Part shown: one piece after another, positions 41,061-52,367 of the stretch | How positions within the stretch are numbered: the stretch's first letter is position 1 | How the letters are laid out: each line of letters opens with the position of its first letter | DNA from: Halopseudomonas sp. | GTDB taxonomy: Bacteria; Pseudomonadota; Gammaproteobacteria; Pseudomonadales; Pseudomonadaceae | Assembly (NCBI RefSeq): GCF_047631575.1 | Contig: NZ_JBLIAB010000008.1 | Coordinates: 9,950-73,949, forward strand | Length of the DNA: 64,000 nt | Direction of reading: 5' to 3' | Notes under the pieces: model-generated | The model's database searches: none | What the model saw: the letters and a program-made list of their open reading frames with translations, nothing else | What the model was told of the DNA's origin: nothing | Translations under genes and position numbers: made by a program

Positions 41061-41951
41061 ATGGTCAGCGGCGAGCAGGAACCGCAGCCGGCAGCCGTCA
41101 TCGTGACGACGCAGCTGGCTGCAAGCTCGCCAACTCAATTGATACCTGGCCGTCAGCAGGAAATGCCCTTTGCCATGGTGCACGGCAAGGCGGTGACTGA
41201 AATACCGCAGGATCTGTATATCCCGCCCGAGGCCCTGGAAGTCTTTCTTGAAGCCTTCGAAGGCCCGCTTGATTTGCTGCTCTATCTCATTCGCCGCCAG
41301 AATATCGACATCCTGGAGATTCCGGTCGCCGAGATCACCAAGCAATACATGGGCTACGTCGAGCTAATGAAAGAGGTGCGTCTGGAGCTGGCCGCCGAGT
41401 ATCTGGTGATGGCGGCGATGCTCGCTGAGATCAAGTCGCGCATGCTGTTACCTCGGCATGCGGAGGACGAAGACGAGGAGCATGACCCCCGCGCCGAGCT
41501 GATCCGCCGATTGCAGGAATATGAGCGTTTCAAGCAGGCCGCCGAAGATATCGACGGCCTCAGCAGGGTAGGTCGTGATACCCGGGTGGCGAGCGCCGAG
41601 GCACCGCCAGTGCAGAATCGTCGTGCACATCCTGAAGTAGACATGCAGGAGTTGATGCTGGCACTCTCGGACGTCCTGCGTCGGGCGGACATGTTTGAAA
41701 GTCATCAGGTTACCCGGGAAATACTCTCGACCCGTGAACGCATGGCCGAGGTATTGGATCGGCTGAAGGGGCAGCAATTCGTCCCCTTTGTCAGTCTGTT
41801 CACCGCAGGTGAGGGCAAGCTGGGTGTAGTTGTTACCTTCATGGCCGTCCTAGAGCTGGTCAAAGAGCAGTTGATCGATCTGGTTCAGGGTGATGCCTTC
41901 TCGCCCATTCATGTAAAAGTGCGAGGTGACGATGTCCCAGCCGACGATTGA
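41061..41951 (+). CDS. scpA: Segregation and condensation protein A (kleisin)
   Basis: FEGPLDLLLYLIRRQNIDI and VVTFMAVLEL motifs. The exact start is uncertain. Confidence 0.93.
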   Translation: MVSGEQEPQPAAVIVTTQLAASSPTQLIPGRQQEMPFAMVHGKAVTEIPQDLYIPPEALEVFLEAFEGPLDLLLYLIRRQNIDILEIPVAEITKQYMGYVELMKEVRLELAAEYLVMAAMLAEIKSRMLLPRHAEDEDEEHDPRAELIRRLQEYERFKQAAEDIDGLSRVGRDTRVASAEAPPVQNRRAHPEVDMQELMLALSDVLRRADMFESHQVTREILSTRERMAEVLDRLKGQQFVPFVSLFTAGEGKLGVVVTFMAVLELVKEQLIDLVQGDAFSPIHVKVRGDDVPADD

Positions 41952-42717
41952 ACACATAGTGGAAGCGGCGCTGCTCGCTGCCGGTCGCCCGTTGACGCTC
42001 GATCGTTTGCGCGAATTGTTCGATGAGGGACGCGAGCCGAGTCTGGATGAATTACGCGCAGCCTTGACACGACTTGCCTTGCACTATGAAGGCCGAAGCA
42101 TCGAGCTGCGGGAAGTGGCCAGTGGTTGGCGCCTGCAGGTGCGCGAAGCCTTCTCGCCATGGGTGGGCCGATTATGGGAAGAAAGGCCGCAGCGTTATTC
42201 CAGGGCGATGCTTGAAACCCTGGCGCTGATTGCTTATCGCCAGCCTGTTACCCGGGGCGAGATCGAGGATGTGCGGGGTGTGGCCGTCAGCAGTCATATT
42301 GTCAAAACGCTTCTCGAGCGCGAATGGGTCCGCGTCGTGGGTCACCGTGATGTACCGGGACGTCCGTCCATGTACGCCACTACTCGTCAGTTTCTCGATC
42401 ATTTCAATCTGCGTAGTCTCAGCGAGTTGCCACCACTAGCGGACATACGTGATCTCGATCAGATGGAGCCCGAACTGGGGCTGCAGGATGAGGGTGCCGA
42501 CACCGACCAGAACGAGGCCACACTCTGGATGCCGTTTGAAGCGCTGCAACCACTGGACCGTGAGGCGGCCGAAACTGGCTTTCACGCATTGATGGCCGAG
42601 CTGGGCTCGATGGAGTCCAATATCAAGACTGATTTCGACGATCTGCGGCCTGCGGATTCGCATCCGGATGATGATCAGGACGGCAAAGACGACGGTGGAG
42701 AAAGCACCGGGCGCTGA
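41932..42717 (+). CDS. scpB: Segregation and condensation protein B
   Basis: IVEAALLA, LETLALIAYRQPVTRGEIEDVRGV and PGRPSMYATT motifs. Confidence 0.94.
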   Translation: MSQPTIEHIVEAALLAAGRPLTLDRLRELFDEGREPSLDELRAALTRLALHYEGRSIELREVASGWRLQVREAFSPWVGRLWEERPQRYSRAMLETLALIAYRQPVTRGEIEDVRGVAVSSHIVKTLLEREWVRVVGHRDVPGRPSMYATTRQFLDHFNLRSLSELPPLADIRDLDQMEPELGLQDEGADTDQNEATLWMPFEALQPLDREAAETGFHALMAELGSMESNIKTDFDDLRPADSHPDDDQDGKDDGGESTGR

Positions 42718-42794
42718 CAATCGGCTAGTCGGCCTTGGGCGGCAGTGGTAATCTATCTTTCCTTGAATGACTACTACACCGGGAGGTGCCCAGC

Positions 42795-43679
42795 ATGATC
42801 GATAATCCCTCTAACCCTGTGACCGGGGAAAAACTGCAAAAGGTACTCGCCCGCGTCGGCCTTGGCTCGCGCCGCGAAATCGAAGCCTGGATCGAAGCTG
42901 GGCGCATCAGCGTCAATGGCAAGATCGCCAGTCTCGGCTGCCGGGTTGATAGCCTAGATCAGATATTGGTTGATGGTCGGCCGGTCAAACGTGACATCGC
43001 CAATGAAGAAGCTCGCCGGGTAATGCTGTACAACAAGCCTGAAGGCGAAGTGTGCACACGCGATGATCCAGAAGGCCGTCCTACCGTATTTGATCGTTTG
43101 CCGCGCCTGAAGCATGGTCGGTGGATCAATATTGGACGTCTGGATATCAATACGTCCGGCCTACTGCTGTTTACTACCGACGGTGAGCTCGCCAATCGTC
43201 TGATGCACCCCTCCTATCAGATGGACCGCGAATATGCGGTGCGCGTAATGGGTGAGGTGGACGAAGAAATGATTGAACGCCTGAAGACGGGGGTCATGCT
43301 GGATGACGGCCCTGCACGCTTCACCGACGTGGTGACCGCGGGCGGCGAGGGGATTAACCGCTGGTATCACGTATGCTTGATGGAAGGCCGCAATCGTGAG
43401 GTTCGACGATTGTGGGAATCCCAGGGTATGCGCGTCAATCGCCTCAAGCGGGTACGTTTCGGACCGGTATTTCTGGGTCCTGAATTACCGGTTGGCCGCT
43501 GGCGCGAAATGAAGCAGAACGAGATAGATGCATTAAGCCAAGAGGTGGGTCTTGAGTCGATTGCGCTGCCGACGATGAGTACCAGCGAACGCGACAAAGC
43601 CAAGCGTCTGGCGCGCAAGCCTTCAATGTATCAAGCGCGGACGGTGCGCAGAACCAAGGTGCCGCACGGCAGGAAATAG
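42795..43679 (+). CDS. rluB: 23S rRNA pseudouridine(2605) synthase RluB
   Basis: S4 domain GEKLQKVLA..SRRE; GRLDINTSGLLL catalytic Asp; GRNREVRR. Confidence 0.94.
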   Translation: MIDNPSNPVTGEKLQKVLARVGLGSRREIEAWIEAGRISVNGKIASLGCRVDSLDQILVDGRPVKRDIANEEARRVMLYNKPEGEVCTRDDPEGRPTVFDRLPRLKHGRWINIGRLDINTSGLLLFTTDGELANRLMHPSYQMDREYAVRVMGEVDEEMIERLKTGVMLDDGPARFTDVVTAGGEGINRWYHVCLMEGRNREVRRLWESQGMRVNRLKRVRFGPVFLGPELPVGRWREMKQNEIDALSQEVGLESIALPTMSTSERDKAKRLARKPSMYQARTVRRTKVPHGRK

Positions 43680-43707
43680 GCCGTACAGCAGTAGATAGCC
43701 AGGTTGT

Positions 43708-44637
43708 CTATTGAATGCCTATTCTATTGCGTCCAGATCGTTTGGCGCTGTACATCAGTTTGTCACACCGCTCCAACAGCTCGCGAACGCCCTCGTCGAG
43801 CTGTCGTGTCGCAACGCCAAGACTGGCTGTGATCGGGATCGAGTCGCCGTGTTGCTGAAACTGCATCCCCTCAATTGCACTGCGAATACGCTCGGCTACC
43901 AGCCTAGCGTCGCTGGCAGGGGTGTCGCTGAGCAAAATAACGAATTCTTCGCCACCCGCGCGAAATAGTTCATCCACATCGCGCAGGCAACCTCTGACGC
44001 AATTGACTACCGCTTTCAGCGCCTCGTCGCCGCAGGCGTGGCCGTATTGGTCATTAATCTGCTTGAAATAATCGATGTCTAGCACCAGAGCCGACAGGCT
44101 GGAGCAGTGTCTGATCGACAGCTTAATCTCTCGGTCAAGCGTACGGTCCATGGCGAGGCGATTGCCCACCCCGGTAAGACTGTCACTGTGAGCGCAGAAT
44201 ACCGCTTCGCGATACAGCAGCGCATTGCGCAGCGGATAAAGAAGATTGCCGAGCAGGGTTTCCAAAGCCAGGAGCTGCGATTCGCTGAAGCGCTTTTTAC
44301 GGCTGAATACGATTTCCCCTAGAAAGCTACCAGCATGAGTCATCCGATAGCTGCAGCGATGCAGGCCGGGTTGGCCGATGCGCTGGTGCAGGCCGTTACC
44401 ATCAAGGCGGTATTCCAGGCAATCGAGGCCAAGGAAGTTGCGCAGCTCCTGAAAGAACATCTCGAGAATGCGATCGATCTCCAGTGAGGTCTGTAGCTGC
44501 TGGGTCAACCTGTCCTTTACGGCATCCAGGCTTAACTCGCTCGTTTGGACAGGTTGAGTCCCGGCTAGCGAGGTGCCTTGACTCAACTTAAGGCGAGCTG
44601 AGTCGAAATCGATTGTATTTCCCTGGGTAAGAGTCAT
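43708..44637 (-). CDS. Diguanylate cyclase (GGEEF) with intact I-site
   Basis: DSLTG..NR, LDIDYFKQINDQYGH..GD, RxxD (RDVD) five residues before GGEEF. Confidence 0.92.
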   Translation of the reverse strand: MTLTQGNTIDFDSARLKLSQGTSLAGTQPVQTSELSLDAVKDRLTQQLQTSLEIDRILEMFFQELRNFLGLDCLEYRLDGNGLHQRIGQPGLHRCSYRMTHAGSFLGEIVFSRKKRFSESQLLALETLLGNLLYPLRNALLYREAVFCAHSDSLTGVGNRLAMDRTLDREIKLSIRHCSSLSALVLDIDYFKQINDQYGHACGDEALKAVVNCVRGCLRDVDELFRAGGEEFVILLSDTPASDARLVAERIRSAIEGMQFQQHGDSIPITASLGVATRQLDEGVRELLERCDKLMYSAKRSGRNRIGIQ

Positions 44638-44676
44638 CTGCAGTCCTGCACGCGGGGATGGGGTTAAGCGTGTCGG

Positions 44677-44692
44677 TGCAGAGAGCGTGCCA
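44677..44692 (-). promoter_or_regulatory. Sigma54 -24/-12 promoter of the diguanylate cyclase gene
   Basis: Minus strand TGGCACGCTCTCTGCA. Confidence 0.75.
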
Positions 44693-44720
44693 CAAACTAG
44701 AAAGCTCTATGAAACAACAA

Positions 44721-44750
44721 GCTAATCCAATCTTTGGCGATTGGATTAGC
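44721..44750. repeat. Perfect 11-bp inverted repeat
   Basis: GCTAATCCAAT-ctttggcg-ATTGGATTAGC. Confidence 0.85.
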
Positions 44751-44756
44751 CGGTGC

Positions 44757-44770
44757 GGCAGAAATTTGCC
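44757..44770. promoter_or_regulatory. FleQ-like palindrome
   Basis: GGCAGAAATTTGCC inside TGCGGCA-gaaatt-TGCCGCA; resembles GTCAaaaaatTGAC as I recall it. Confidence 0.4.
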
Positions 44771-44823
44771 GCATCATTTACGGGAGTGGGCGGTTCGATG
44801 CCACTTCGATGCCAAAATACTGG

Positions 44824-45564
44824 CTACTGTGCATCCAGCTCCTGACCATTGATTTGGCGGCTGTCGGGCCCGAGCAGGTATAGAAACGCTGGCATGATCT
44901 CGTTGGGCTCGGGGTTTTTCTCTGGTGGCTCGCCCGGATAGGCTGCTGCACGCATCGCAGTGCGTGTCGCTCCCGGATTGAGGCTGTTGGCACGTATGGC
45001 GCTGGTACCGTCCTGCTCATCAGCGAATACCTGCATCAGGCCCTCGATCGCGAATTTGCTGACAGCATAGGGCCCCCAGTAGGCTTTACCCTTGCGGCCT
45101 ACACTGGAGGATACGAAAATCACTGAGGCGTCTGGCGCCTGCCGTAGTAATGGCATCATTGCCTTGGTCAGCAGAAACGGGGCGTTCACGTTGACCTGCA
45201 TCAATTGCAGCCAGGATTCGGCGCTTACGCTGTCGAGAGGGGTGCGAGGGCCCAGGAGCGCTGCGTTGTGCACTAGTCCATCAATCTTGCCGAAGGTGTC
45301 AAATAACTGATCGGCCAGATCCTGATAATCTTTCTCCAGGGCCGTTTCCAGATGCAGCGGACACATGGCGGGACGCGGGTAGCCAGCAGCTTCGATTTCG
45401 TCGTAGACCGATTCGAGCTTCGAAGGTGTCTTGCCGATCAGTACGACAATGGCCCCATGGGCGGCGCAACTGAGAGCACAGGCCCGGCCTATCCCGGTAC
45501 CGGCGCCGGTAACCAGAATGACACGGTCAGTGAGCAGGTTCTTTGGGGCATGATAATCAAACAT
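44824..45564 (-). CDS. yciK: YciK family short-chain oxidoreductase
   Basis: MFDYHAP..LVTGAGTGIG, HNAALLG, YAVSK and NPGATRT motifs. Confidence 0.9.
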   Translation of the reverse strand: MFDYHAPKNLLTDRVILVTGAGTGIGRACALSCAAHGAIVVLIGKTPSKLESVYDEIEAAGYPRPAMCPLHLETALEKDYQDLADQLFDTFGKIDGLVHNAALLGPRTPLDSVSAESWLQLMQVNVNAPFLLTKAMMPLLRQAPDASVIFVSSSVGRKGKAYWGPYAVSKFAIEGLMQVFADEQDGTSAIRANSLNPGATRTAMRAAAYPGEPPEKNPEPNEIMPAFLYLLGPDSRQINGQELDAQ

Positions 45565-46237
45565 CGGATGTCTCCTGGGTGCGCCGCGCGTCCAGCCAGG
45601 GGCGCAATTCGGCGGGTGATTGGATGCTGTGAGTGGCCTGCCAGTGCGCGGGGTTCTGATCCGGTGGTATGTATCCGTATAACGCCGCGACTGTGGCCAT
45701 GCCGGCGGCGCGTCCTGCTTGAATATCGCGCAGATGGTCTCCAACAAAGACTGAATGCCTGGGGTCAGTACCCATGTCTCGACAGGCTTTGAGTAACGAC
45801 TCGGGATGCGGCTTGGCTTTTACAACATGGTCGGGGCAGACCAGACTGCTGCAGCGAGCACCCAAGCCAGTAGCATCCATTAATGGGGTGCTGAATCGGC
45901 TCAGTTTGTTGGTGACCACACCCCAGGGAATATTCTCTGACTCCAACCAGTGGAGCAAGTCTGCCATGCCTGGATAGAGGCGGGCGTGCACACCCAAATC
46001 ACGCTCATAACGCCGGAGGAAATCATTGCGCAGGCCGTCCAGCCTGGGATCTACAGTCTCTAGCGAGAAAGCGGCGGCGAGCATGCCCGCTGCGCCGTCT
46101 GACACCTGGTTGCGAATCAGTAGGTCGTTCGCTGGTGCAAGACCACTTTCGCTGCGCATGGCGCGTATTATGGCCAGAAAGTCATCTGCGGTATCAAGCA
46201 ACGTGCCGTCCAGATCGAATAAAACACTGGTCAGCAT
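45557..46237 (-). CDS. mupP: HAD-IA phosphatase (MupP / phosphoglycolate phosphatase-like)
   Basis: FDLDGTLLDT, VVTNK, KPHP and VGDHLRDI motifs; position next to ubiG. Confidence 0.8.
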   Translation of the reverse strand: MLTSVLFDLDGTLLDTADDFLAIIRAMRSESGLAPANDLLIRNQVSDGAAGMLAAAFSLETVDPRLDGLRNDFLRRYERDLGVHARLYPGMADLLHWLESENIPWGVVTNKLSRFSTPLMDATGLGARCSSLVCPDHVVKAKPHPESLLKACRDMGTDPRHSVFVGDHLRDIQAGRAAGMATVAALYGYIPPDQNPAHWQATHSIQSPAELRPWLDARRTQETSDV

Positions 46238-46241
46238 GTGG

Positions 46242-46940
46242 TCACAAACTCCGCTGGGTGTGAACCATGTAGTTTACATCGACGTTCGGCTCGAGTTTGT
46301 AGACTCGTGTCAGTGGATTATAAGTCAGACCGATGATGTCCTGCAGATCCAGATCGGCCTCGCGCGACCAGCCGCTGAGTTCGGCGGGTTTGATGAACTT
46401 AGCGAATTCATGGGTGCCGCGTGGCAGCAACTTGAGGATGTATTCGGCACCCACGATAGCGAACACGAACGACTTGGGATTGCGGTTGATGGTCGAGAAA
46501 AAGACATGGCCGCCGGGTTTTACCAGAGAGGCGCAGGCGCGGATGACGGAGCTTGGGTCCGGCACGTGCTCGAGCATCTCCAGGCAGGTCACTATATCGA
46601 AGCGTCCCGGGTGTTGTTCGGCTAATTGTTCGGCTGTTGTCTGTTGGTAGTCGACGTCCACGCCTGATTCCAGTTGATGTAGCCGAGCCACTGCCAGGGG
46701 CGCTTCGCCCATGTCTATGCCGGTCACCGTAGCGCCGCGTAACGCCATGGCTTCAGCGAGGATGCCGCCGCCGCAGCCCACATCCAGCACTTCCTTGCCA
46801 GCCAGGCCGACTTTTTGCTCGATCCAGTTGGTCCGTAATGGATTGATTTGGTGCAATGGTTTGAACTCGCTGTTACGGTCCCACCAGCGACTGGCCAAGG
46901 CTTCGAACTTTGCGATTTCGGCGCGATCGACATTAAGCAT
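46242..46940 (-). CDS. ubiG: Ubiquinone biosynthesis O-methyltransferase UbiG
   Basis: [28 protein letters not shown] and CLEMLEHVP motifs. Confidence 0.96.
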   Translation of the reverse strand: MLNVDRAEIAKFEALASRWWDRNSEFKPLHQINPLRTNWIEQKVGLAGKEVLDVGCGGGILAEAMALRGATVTGIDMGEAPLAVARLHQLESGVDVDYQQTTAEQLAEQHPGRFDIVTCLEMLEHVPDPSSVIRACASLVKPGGHVFFSTINRNPKSFVFAIVGAEYILKLLPRGTHEFAKFIKPAELSGWSREADLDLQDIIGLTYNPLTRVYKLEPNVDVNYMVHTQRSL

Positions 46941-48294
46941 TTTCTTCATCCCCTTGTTGAATCTGTTGTGACCAGTGGGTGACTGCTTCGAGCAGCCCAT
47001 CCTGATCGGGCAGGGTCAGTCGTCCGACGCTCACCTTCTCGCGTCCGGCAACCCAGACATGGGAAACCTGACTGGCATTGCAGGTATAAAGCAGTTGCGA
47101 TACCGGATGATAGACCGGTTGATGGACCAAGCCAGACAGATCAATTGCGGCGATATCCGCCGACTTGCCCACTTCAAGTGATCCGGTTTCCTCACTAATG
47201 CCCAGAGCTAGAGCGCCGCCCATGGTGGCCACATGCAAAGCTTGGTGGGCACTCAGTGCGGTCGAGGAGCCGGTGCTGCTCTTGGCCAAAAGCGATGCGG
47301 TGCGCATTTCCCCGAACATATCCAAATCGTTGTTGCTGGCTGCCCCATCGGTGCCCAGTGCGACATTAATTCCGCTTTCGATCAGGCGTTGCACAGGACA
47401 TATACCGCTGGCCAATTTCATATTCGACTCGGGACAATGGATGACTGATACCCCGTGATCGCCAAGCAACCTCAGATCCTCGTCATTGATCTGCGTCATG
47501 TGCACTGCTTGCAGTCTCGGGCTCAGCAAGCCTAGCGAATGCAATCGCTGCAGTGGGCGCTGTCCACTCTGCGCCAATGCGTCTGACACTTCTCCTGCCG
47601 TCTCATGCACGTGCATGTGAACCGGCATGTCCAGTTCATCGGCTAGCATGCGGACGTTGGATAGCGTTGTATCGCCTACTGTGTAAGGTGAATGCGGCCC
47701 AAAAGCGACGCTTATCAGTGCATTGTGCTTAACCTCATCACGCAGTCGCAGGCCCTTGGTTATGGCCTCTGTACTGTCCCATGCACCGGGAATCGGATTG
47801 TCGATCACCGGGAAAGCTAGTTGGGCCCTGATGCCAGCCTCTATGGCCACCTCGGCCGCCACATCCGGGTAAAAATACATGTCGGCGAAGCAGGTGGTGC
47901 CGCCGCGAAGCATCTCTGCGATTGCCAGGCGCGTACCCAGCCTGACAAAGTCCTCGTTCACCCAGCGCGCCTCTGCTGGCCAGATATGCTCCTGCAACCA
48001 GCTCATAAGCGGCAAGTCATCGGCAAGGCCGCGGAACAGACTCATGGCCGCGTGGCCGTGTGCGTTGATCAGGCCAGGAATAAGCACGTGACCTGGCAGT
48101 TCGCGCCTTTCGGTGGCGTGGATGGAATTGGCTTGGGTACGGGTAATGATGCCTACTATCCGGCCTTCGTGGACCGCCAAGGCGTGTTCTTCGAGGACCG
48201 TGCCAGTCGGAACGACAGGTACAATCCAGCTGGGCAGGATGAGCAAGTCAATCCGTTCAGGTAAGGGCGTTATGAGCAGTTCATTTTGTATCAT
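46933..48294 (-). CDS. mtaD: TRZ/ATZ amidohydrolase (MTA/SAH deaminase-like)
   Basis: NAHGH, GPHSPY, HMHVHET, HCPESN and GTDGAASNN motifs; divergent from mtnA. Confidence 0.82.
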   Translation of the reverse strand: MIQNELLITPLPERIDLLILPSWIVPVVPTGTVLEEHALAVHEGRIVGIITRTQANSIHATERRELPGHVLIPGLINAHGHAAMSLFRGLADDLPLMSWLQEHIWPAEARWVNEDFVRLGTRLAIAEMLRGGTTCFADMYFYPDVAAEVAIEAGIRAQLAFPVIDNPIPGAWDSTEAITKGLRLRDEVKHNALISVAFGPHSPYTVGDTTLSNVRMLADELDMPVHMHVHETAGEVSDALAQSGQRPLQRLHSLGLLSPRLQAVHMTQINDEDLRLLGDHGVSVIHCPESNMKLASGICPVQRLIESGINVALGTDGAASNNDLDMFGEMRTASLLAKSSTGSSTALSAHQALHVATMGGALALGISEETGSLEVGKSADIAAIDLSGLVHQPVYHPVSQLLYTCNASQVSHVWVAGREKVSVGRLTLPDQDGLLEAVTHWSQQIQQGDEENA

Positions 48295-48399
48295 GGTCGG
48301 CAGTATAGCGTTTGCCTGAAGCGCCGTGCAGCGGCTTTTCGTTTCGATGTTCGTCAGCGGGGCAGGACGGCGGTTATAATGGTGTTTTGGGAGTCATTC

Positions 48400-49479
48400 A
48401 TGCAGCAAGCTGTAAAACCTGTAATCGCTGGCAGTTTCAGTGCGCTGGCTTGGCAGGACAATACTTTGCGGTTACTTGATCAGCGTCTGTTGCCTGCCCG
48501 CGAAGTCTATGTCGAGTGCACGGATGCCGCTCAGGTGGCTACCGCGATAGTCGATATGCAGGTCCGGGGCGCTCCGGCAATTGGCATCGCTGGAGCCTAT
48601 GGCATCGCGCTACAAGCGCGAGTCATTGCCACCAGCATGGACTGGGCTGCATCTCTGGCCGAGTCATTCGAGTTGCTCGAAGCGGCTCGCCCCACCGCGA
48701 TCAACTTGTCGTGGGCGCTCAAGATGATGCGCGATCGCCTGGCGCGTCTTCCGTCCGATGCTGATGTACCTGCTCGGCTGCTGGAGGCGGCTCGCTCAAT
48801 TCATCAAAGTGATCACGAAGCTAACCTGGCTATGGGCAGGCTGGGCATGCAGTTGATTCGCAATCACCACAAGACCCCGCAGAATTTGCTTACCCATTGC
48901 AATACCGGGGCGTTGGCAACAGGTGGCTACGGCACTGCTCTGGGTGTTGTTCGCGCCGCTCACGAGGCAGGGCTAGTGGATACGCTATTTATCGACGAGA
49001 CTCGTCCCTGGCTACAGGGCTCGCGGCTCACAGCCTGGGAAATGGAGCGCGCAGGCATTAATGCGTGTGTTCACGTCGACGCGGCAGCCGGTCACTTGAT
49101 GAAAACCCGGGAGATTACCTGGGTGATTGTCGGTGCTGATCGGATCGCGGCCAACGGCGATGTTATTAATAAAATTGGCACCTATGCGTTGTCGATCTTG
49201 GCCATGCATCATGGTTTGCGTTTTATGGTGGTCGCGCCCAGCTCGAGTATCGATATGGCGCTGGAAAGTGGCGATGACGTGGAGGTCGAGGAGCGTTGCG
49301 CAGCGGAGTTGTTTACTCTGGGTAATCAGTCGATTGATGCTGGGATTCCCGCATTCAATCCGGTATTCGATGTTACCCCCGCCGATCTAATCGACGTAAT
49401 TGTCACGGAGAAGGGAATCGTCGAACGGCCAGATACGAAAAAGCTCGCCGATCTGATGAGCCACAGGCACCTCCATTAA
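48400..49479 (+). CDS. mtnA: S-methyl-5-thioribose-1-phosphate isomerase
   Basis: [40 protein letters not shown] and NKIGTY motifs. Confidence 0.95.
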   Translation: MQQAVKPVIAGSFSALAWQDNTLRLLDQRLLPAREVYVECTDAAQVATAIVDMQVRGAPAIGIAGAYGIALQARVIATSMDWAASLAESFELLEAARPTAINLSWALKMMRDRLARLPSDADVPARLLEAARSIHQSDHEANLAMGRLGMQLIRNHHKTPQNLLTHCNTGALATGGYGTALGVVRAAHEAGLVDTLFIDETRPWLQGSRLTAWEMERAGINACVHVDAAAGHLMKTREITWVIVGADRIAANGDVINKIGTYALSILAMHHGLRFMVVAPSSSIDMALESGDDVEVEERCAAELFTLGNQSIDAGIPAFNPVFDVTPADLIDVIVTEKGIVERPDTKKLADLMSHRHLH

Positions 49480-49709
49480 CACTTCTGACGTATTTTTTGC
49501 TGCCAGGGTGTAATGCAGCCCCGCGAACGTCTTTCGGCTCCCTCCCCAGCCCTCCCTGTGGTATTCTATTGGGCTTTAATCGGTCCGTCGGATTTGGCTA
49601 TTGAATGGCCGATAGAAAAGCCGTTCAGTGGCTCTGTAGGGTCTTTAACTGCGCCGAACAATTGCTATGGGCATCGTCACGTTGCCGACAATAAAAGGAA
49701 TGCCGTTTC

Positions 49710-52367
49710 ATGGGTGAACTGGCCAAAGAAATCCTTCCAGTCAATATCGAAGATGAGCTTAAGCAGTCCTACCTCGATTACGCGATGAGCGTGATCGTTG
49801 GGCGGGCTTTGCCGGACGTGCGCGACGGCCTTAAGCCAGTGCATCGCCGCGTATTGTTTGCGATGAGCGAACTGAAGAACGACTGGAACAAGCCCTACAA
49901 GAAATCGGCCCGTGTGGTCGGTGACGTGATCGGTAAGTATCACCCGCATGGCGACTCTGCGGTATACGACACCATCGTACGTATGGCCCAGCCATTTTCT
50001 CTTCGCTATCTGCTGGTTGATGGTCAGGGTAACTTTGGTTCTGTCGACGGCGATAACGCTGCGGCAATGCGGTATACGGAAATCCGTATGACCAAGCTGG
50101 CCCATGAGTTGTTGGCCGACCTGGACAAGGAAACGGTTGACTGGGTACCCAACTACGACGGTACTGAGCAGATCCCTGCGGTCATGCCGACCAAGGTACC
50201 GAATCTGTTGATCAACGGCTCCAGTGGTATTGCTGTGGGGATGGCGACCAATATCCCGCCGCATAACCTGACCGAAGTGATCAATGGTTGCCTTGCGTTG
50301 ATCGAGAATCCGGACATGTCCATCGACGATCTGATGGAACACATTCCGGGCCCGGATTTCCCAACGGCCGGTATCATCAATGGTAGTGCCGGTATTGTTG
50401 AAGCCTACAAAACTGGTCGTGGACGTATCTATGTGCGCGCCCGCTGCATTATTGAAGATATCGACAAGGTTGGTGGTCGTCAGCAGATCATTATCAACGA
50501 GCTGCCCTATCAGTTGAACAAAGCCCGGCTGATTGAAAAGATTGCCGAGCTGGTCAAGGAAAAGAAGATCGAAGGCATCACCGAGCTGCGTGACGAGTCC
50601 GACAAGGATGGCATGCGCGTGGTTATCGAGATCCGTCGTGGTGAAGTGGCTGAGGTTGTGCTCAACAACCTGTATACCCAGACACAGATGCAGAATGTAT
50701 TTGGTATCAATATTGTTGGCTTGCTTGACGGTCAACCGCGCATTTTGAACCTCAAGGAGTTGCTTGATGCATTTATCCGTCATCGCCGTGAGGTAGTTAC
50801 CCGCCGCACCGTGTTTGAGTTGCGCAAGGCGCGTGAGCGTGGACATATCCTTGAAGGTCAAGCGGTTGCGCTGGCCAATATCGATCCAGTCATTGCGCTG
50901 ATCAAGGCATCATCCACTCCAGCAGAAGCCAAAGAGCGGTTAATTGCCAACCCCTGGGAGCCAGGCGCGGTGATTGAAATGGTCGAACGTGCCGGTGCTG
51001 ATGCTTGCCGGCCGGACGGGTTGGACGCACAGTTTGGCCTGCGTGACGGCAAGTATTATCTGTCTGCCGAACAGGCCCAAGCGATTCTTGATCTACGCCT
51101 GCACCGTCTGACTGGTCTTGAGCACGAGAAGTTGCTGGCCGAATATCATGAAATTCTGCTGCAGATTGGTGAGTTGTTGCGCATCCTCAATAGTCAGGAG
51201 CGGCTGATGGAAGTGATCGTTGAGGAGCTGGAGCTGATTCGCGCCAACTTCGGCGATGCGCGCCGCACCGAGATACTCGCCTCACGTCTGGATCTGAGTC
51301 TGGCTGATCTGATAACAGAAGAAGAGCGTGTGGTGACCATTTCCCATGGTGGCTATGCCAAGAGCCAGCCGTTGGCTGACTATCAAGCCCAGCGCCGCGG
51401 TGGTCGTGGCAAGGCGGCAACGGGCGTAAAGGATGAGGATTACGTCTCTCATTTGCTGGTCGCTCACAGTCACACGACGCTGCTGCTGTTTTCGAGCAAG
51501 GGCAAGGTGTACTGGTTAAAGACTTACGAAATACCCGAAGCATCGCGAACCGCGCGGGGTCGTCCGCTGGTTAATCTATTGCCGTTGGATGAGGGCGAAT
51601 TCATCAGTGCCATGTTGCCTGTCGATGAATATACCGCAGGCTGGTTTATCTTCATGGCGACCGCCAACGGCACCGTGAAGAAGACGCCGCTTGAGCAATT
51701 CAGCCGCCAGCGCAGTGTCGGTCTGATTGCCCTGGATCTGGACGAAGGTGACACGCTTATCTGCGCTGCCATTACTGATGGTGAGCGCGAAGTGATGTTG
51801 TTCTCCGACGGCGGCAAGGTGACACGCTTCAAGGAAACCGACGTACGTGCCATGGGCCGGACTGCCCGAGGTGTGCGTGGCATGCGTCTGGCTGGCAGTC
51901 AGCAGCTGATTTCCATGATTATCGTCGAGGAAGGCACGCAGATACTGACGGCCTCCGCCCGTGGTTATGGTAAGCGGACGGCTGTAGAAGAGTTCCCGCA
52001 ATACAAGCGCGGTGGCCAGGGTGTGATCGCTATGGTCAGCAACGAGCGTAATGGTCCGCTGGTGGGCGCGGTGCAGGTCGTTGAGGGCGAGGAGATCATG
52101 CTCATTTCTGACCAGGGCACCCTAGTGCGCACGCGTGTAGCCGAGGTGTCCAGTCTGTCGCGTAACACTCAGGGCGTGACCTTGATCAAGGTTGCCAGCG
52201 ATGAAAAGCTGGTCGGTCTGGAGCGTATCCAGGAGCCGTCCGAATCGGAGGAAGATATCCTGCATAGCGCCGGCAGTATTGAAGGCGCGATTGTCAGTGA
52301 AGTCGAACCCATAGGCCCGGTCGATGACGACGATGGTGCTGAGACAAGCGACAATGATCAGGAGTAA
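49710..52367 (+). CDS. gyrA: DNA gyrase subunit A
   Basis: [18 protein letters not shown] and the GyrA box QRRGGRG; six-blade CTD. Confidence 0.98.
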   Translation: MGELAKEILPVNIEDELKQSYLDYAMSVIVGRALPDVRDGLKPVHRRVLFAMSELKNDWNKPYKKSARVVGDVIGKYHPHGDSAVYDTIVRMAQPFSLRYLLVDGQGNFGSVDGDNAAAMRYTEIRMTKLAHELLADLDKETVDWVPNYDGTEQIPAVMPTKVPNLLINGSSGIAVGMATNIPPHNLTEVINGCLALIENPDMSIDDLMEHIPGPDFPTAGIINGSAGIVEAYKTGRGRIYVRARCIIEDIDKVGGRQQIIINELPYQLNKARLIEKIAELVKEKKIEGITELRDESDKDGMRVVIEIRRGEVAEVVLNNLYTQTQMQNVFGINIVGLLDGQPRILNLKELLDAFIRHRREVVTRRTVFELRKARERGHILEGQAVALANIDPVIALIKASSTPAEAKERLIANPWEPGAVIEMVERAGADACRPDGLDAQFGLRDGKYYLSAEQAQAILDLRLHRLTGLEHEKLLAEYHEILLQIGELLRILNSQERLMEVIVEELELIRANFGDARRTEILASRLDLSLADLITEEERVVTISHGGYAKSQPLADYQAQRRGGRGKAATGVKDEDYVSHLLVAHSHTTLLLFSSKGKVYWLKTYEIPEASRTARGRPLVNLLPLDEGEFISAMLPVDEYTAGWFIFMATANGTVKKTPLEQFSRQRSVGLIALDLDEGDTLICAAITDGEREVMLFSDGGKVTRFKETDVRAMGRTARGVRGMRLAGSQQLISMIIVEEGTQILTASARGYGKRTAVEEFPQYKRGGQGVIAMVSNERNGPLVGAVQVVEGEEIMLISDQGTLVRTRVAEVSSLSRNTQGVTLIKVASDEKLVGLERIQEPSESEEDILHSAGSIEGAIVSEVEPIGPVDDDDGAETSDNDQE

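Noticed and set aside
40131-41345. 404-aa ORF antisense to trpS/scpA
   Set aside because: Shadow ORF with no independent signals.
49677-50861. 394-aa ORF antisense to gyrA
   Set aside because: Fully overlaps a conserved essential gene and has typical antisense-frame composition.
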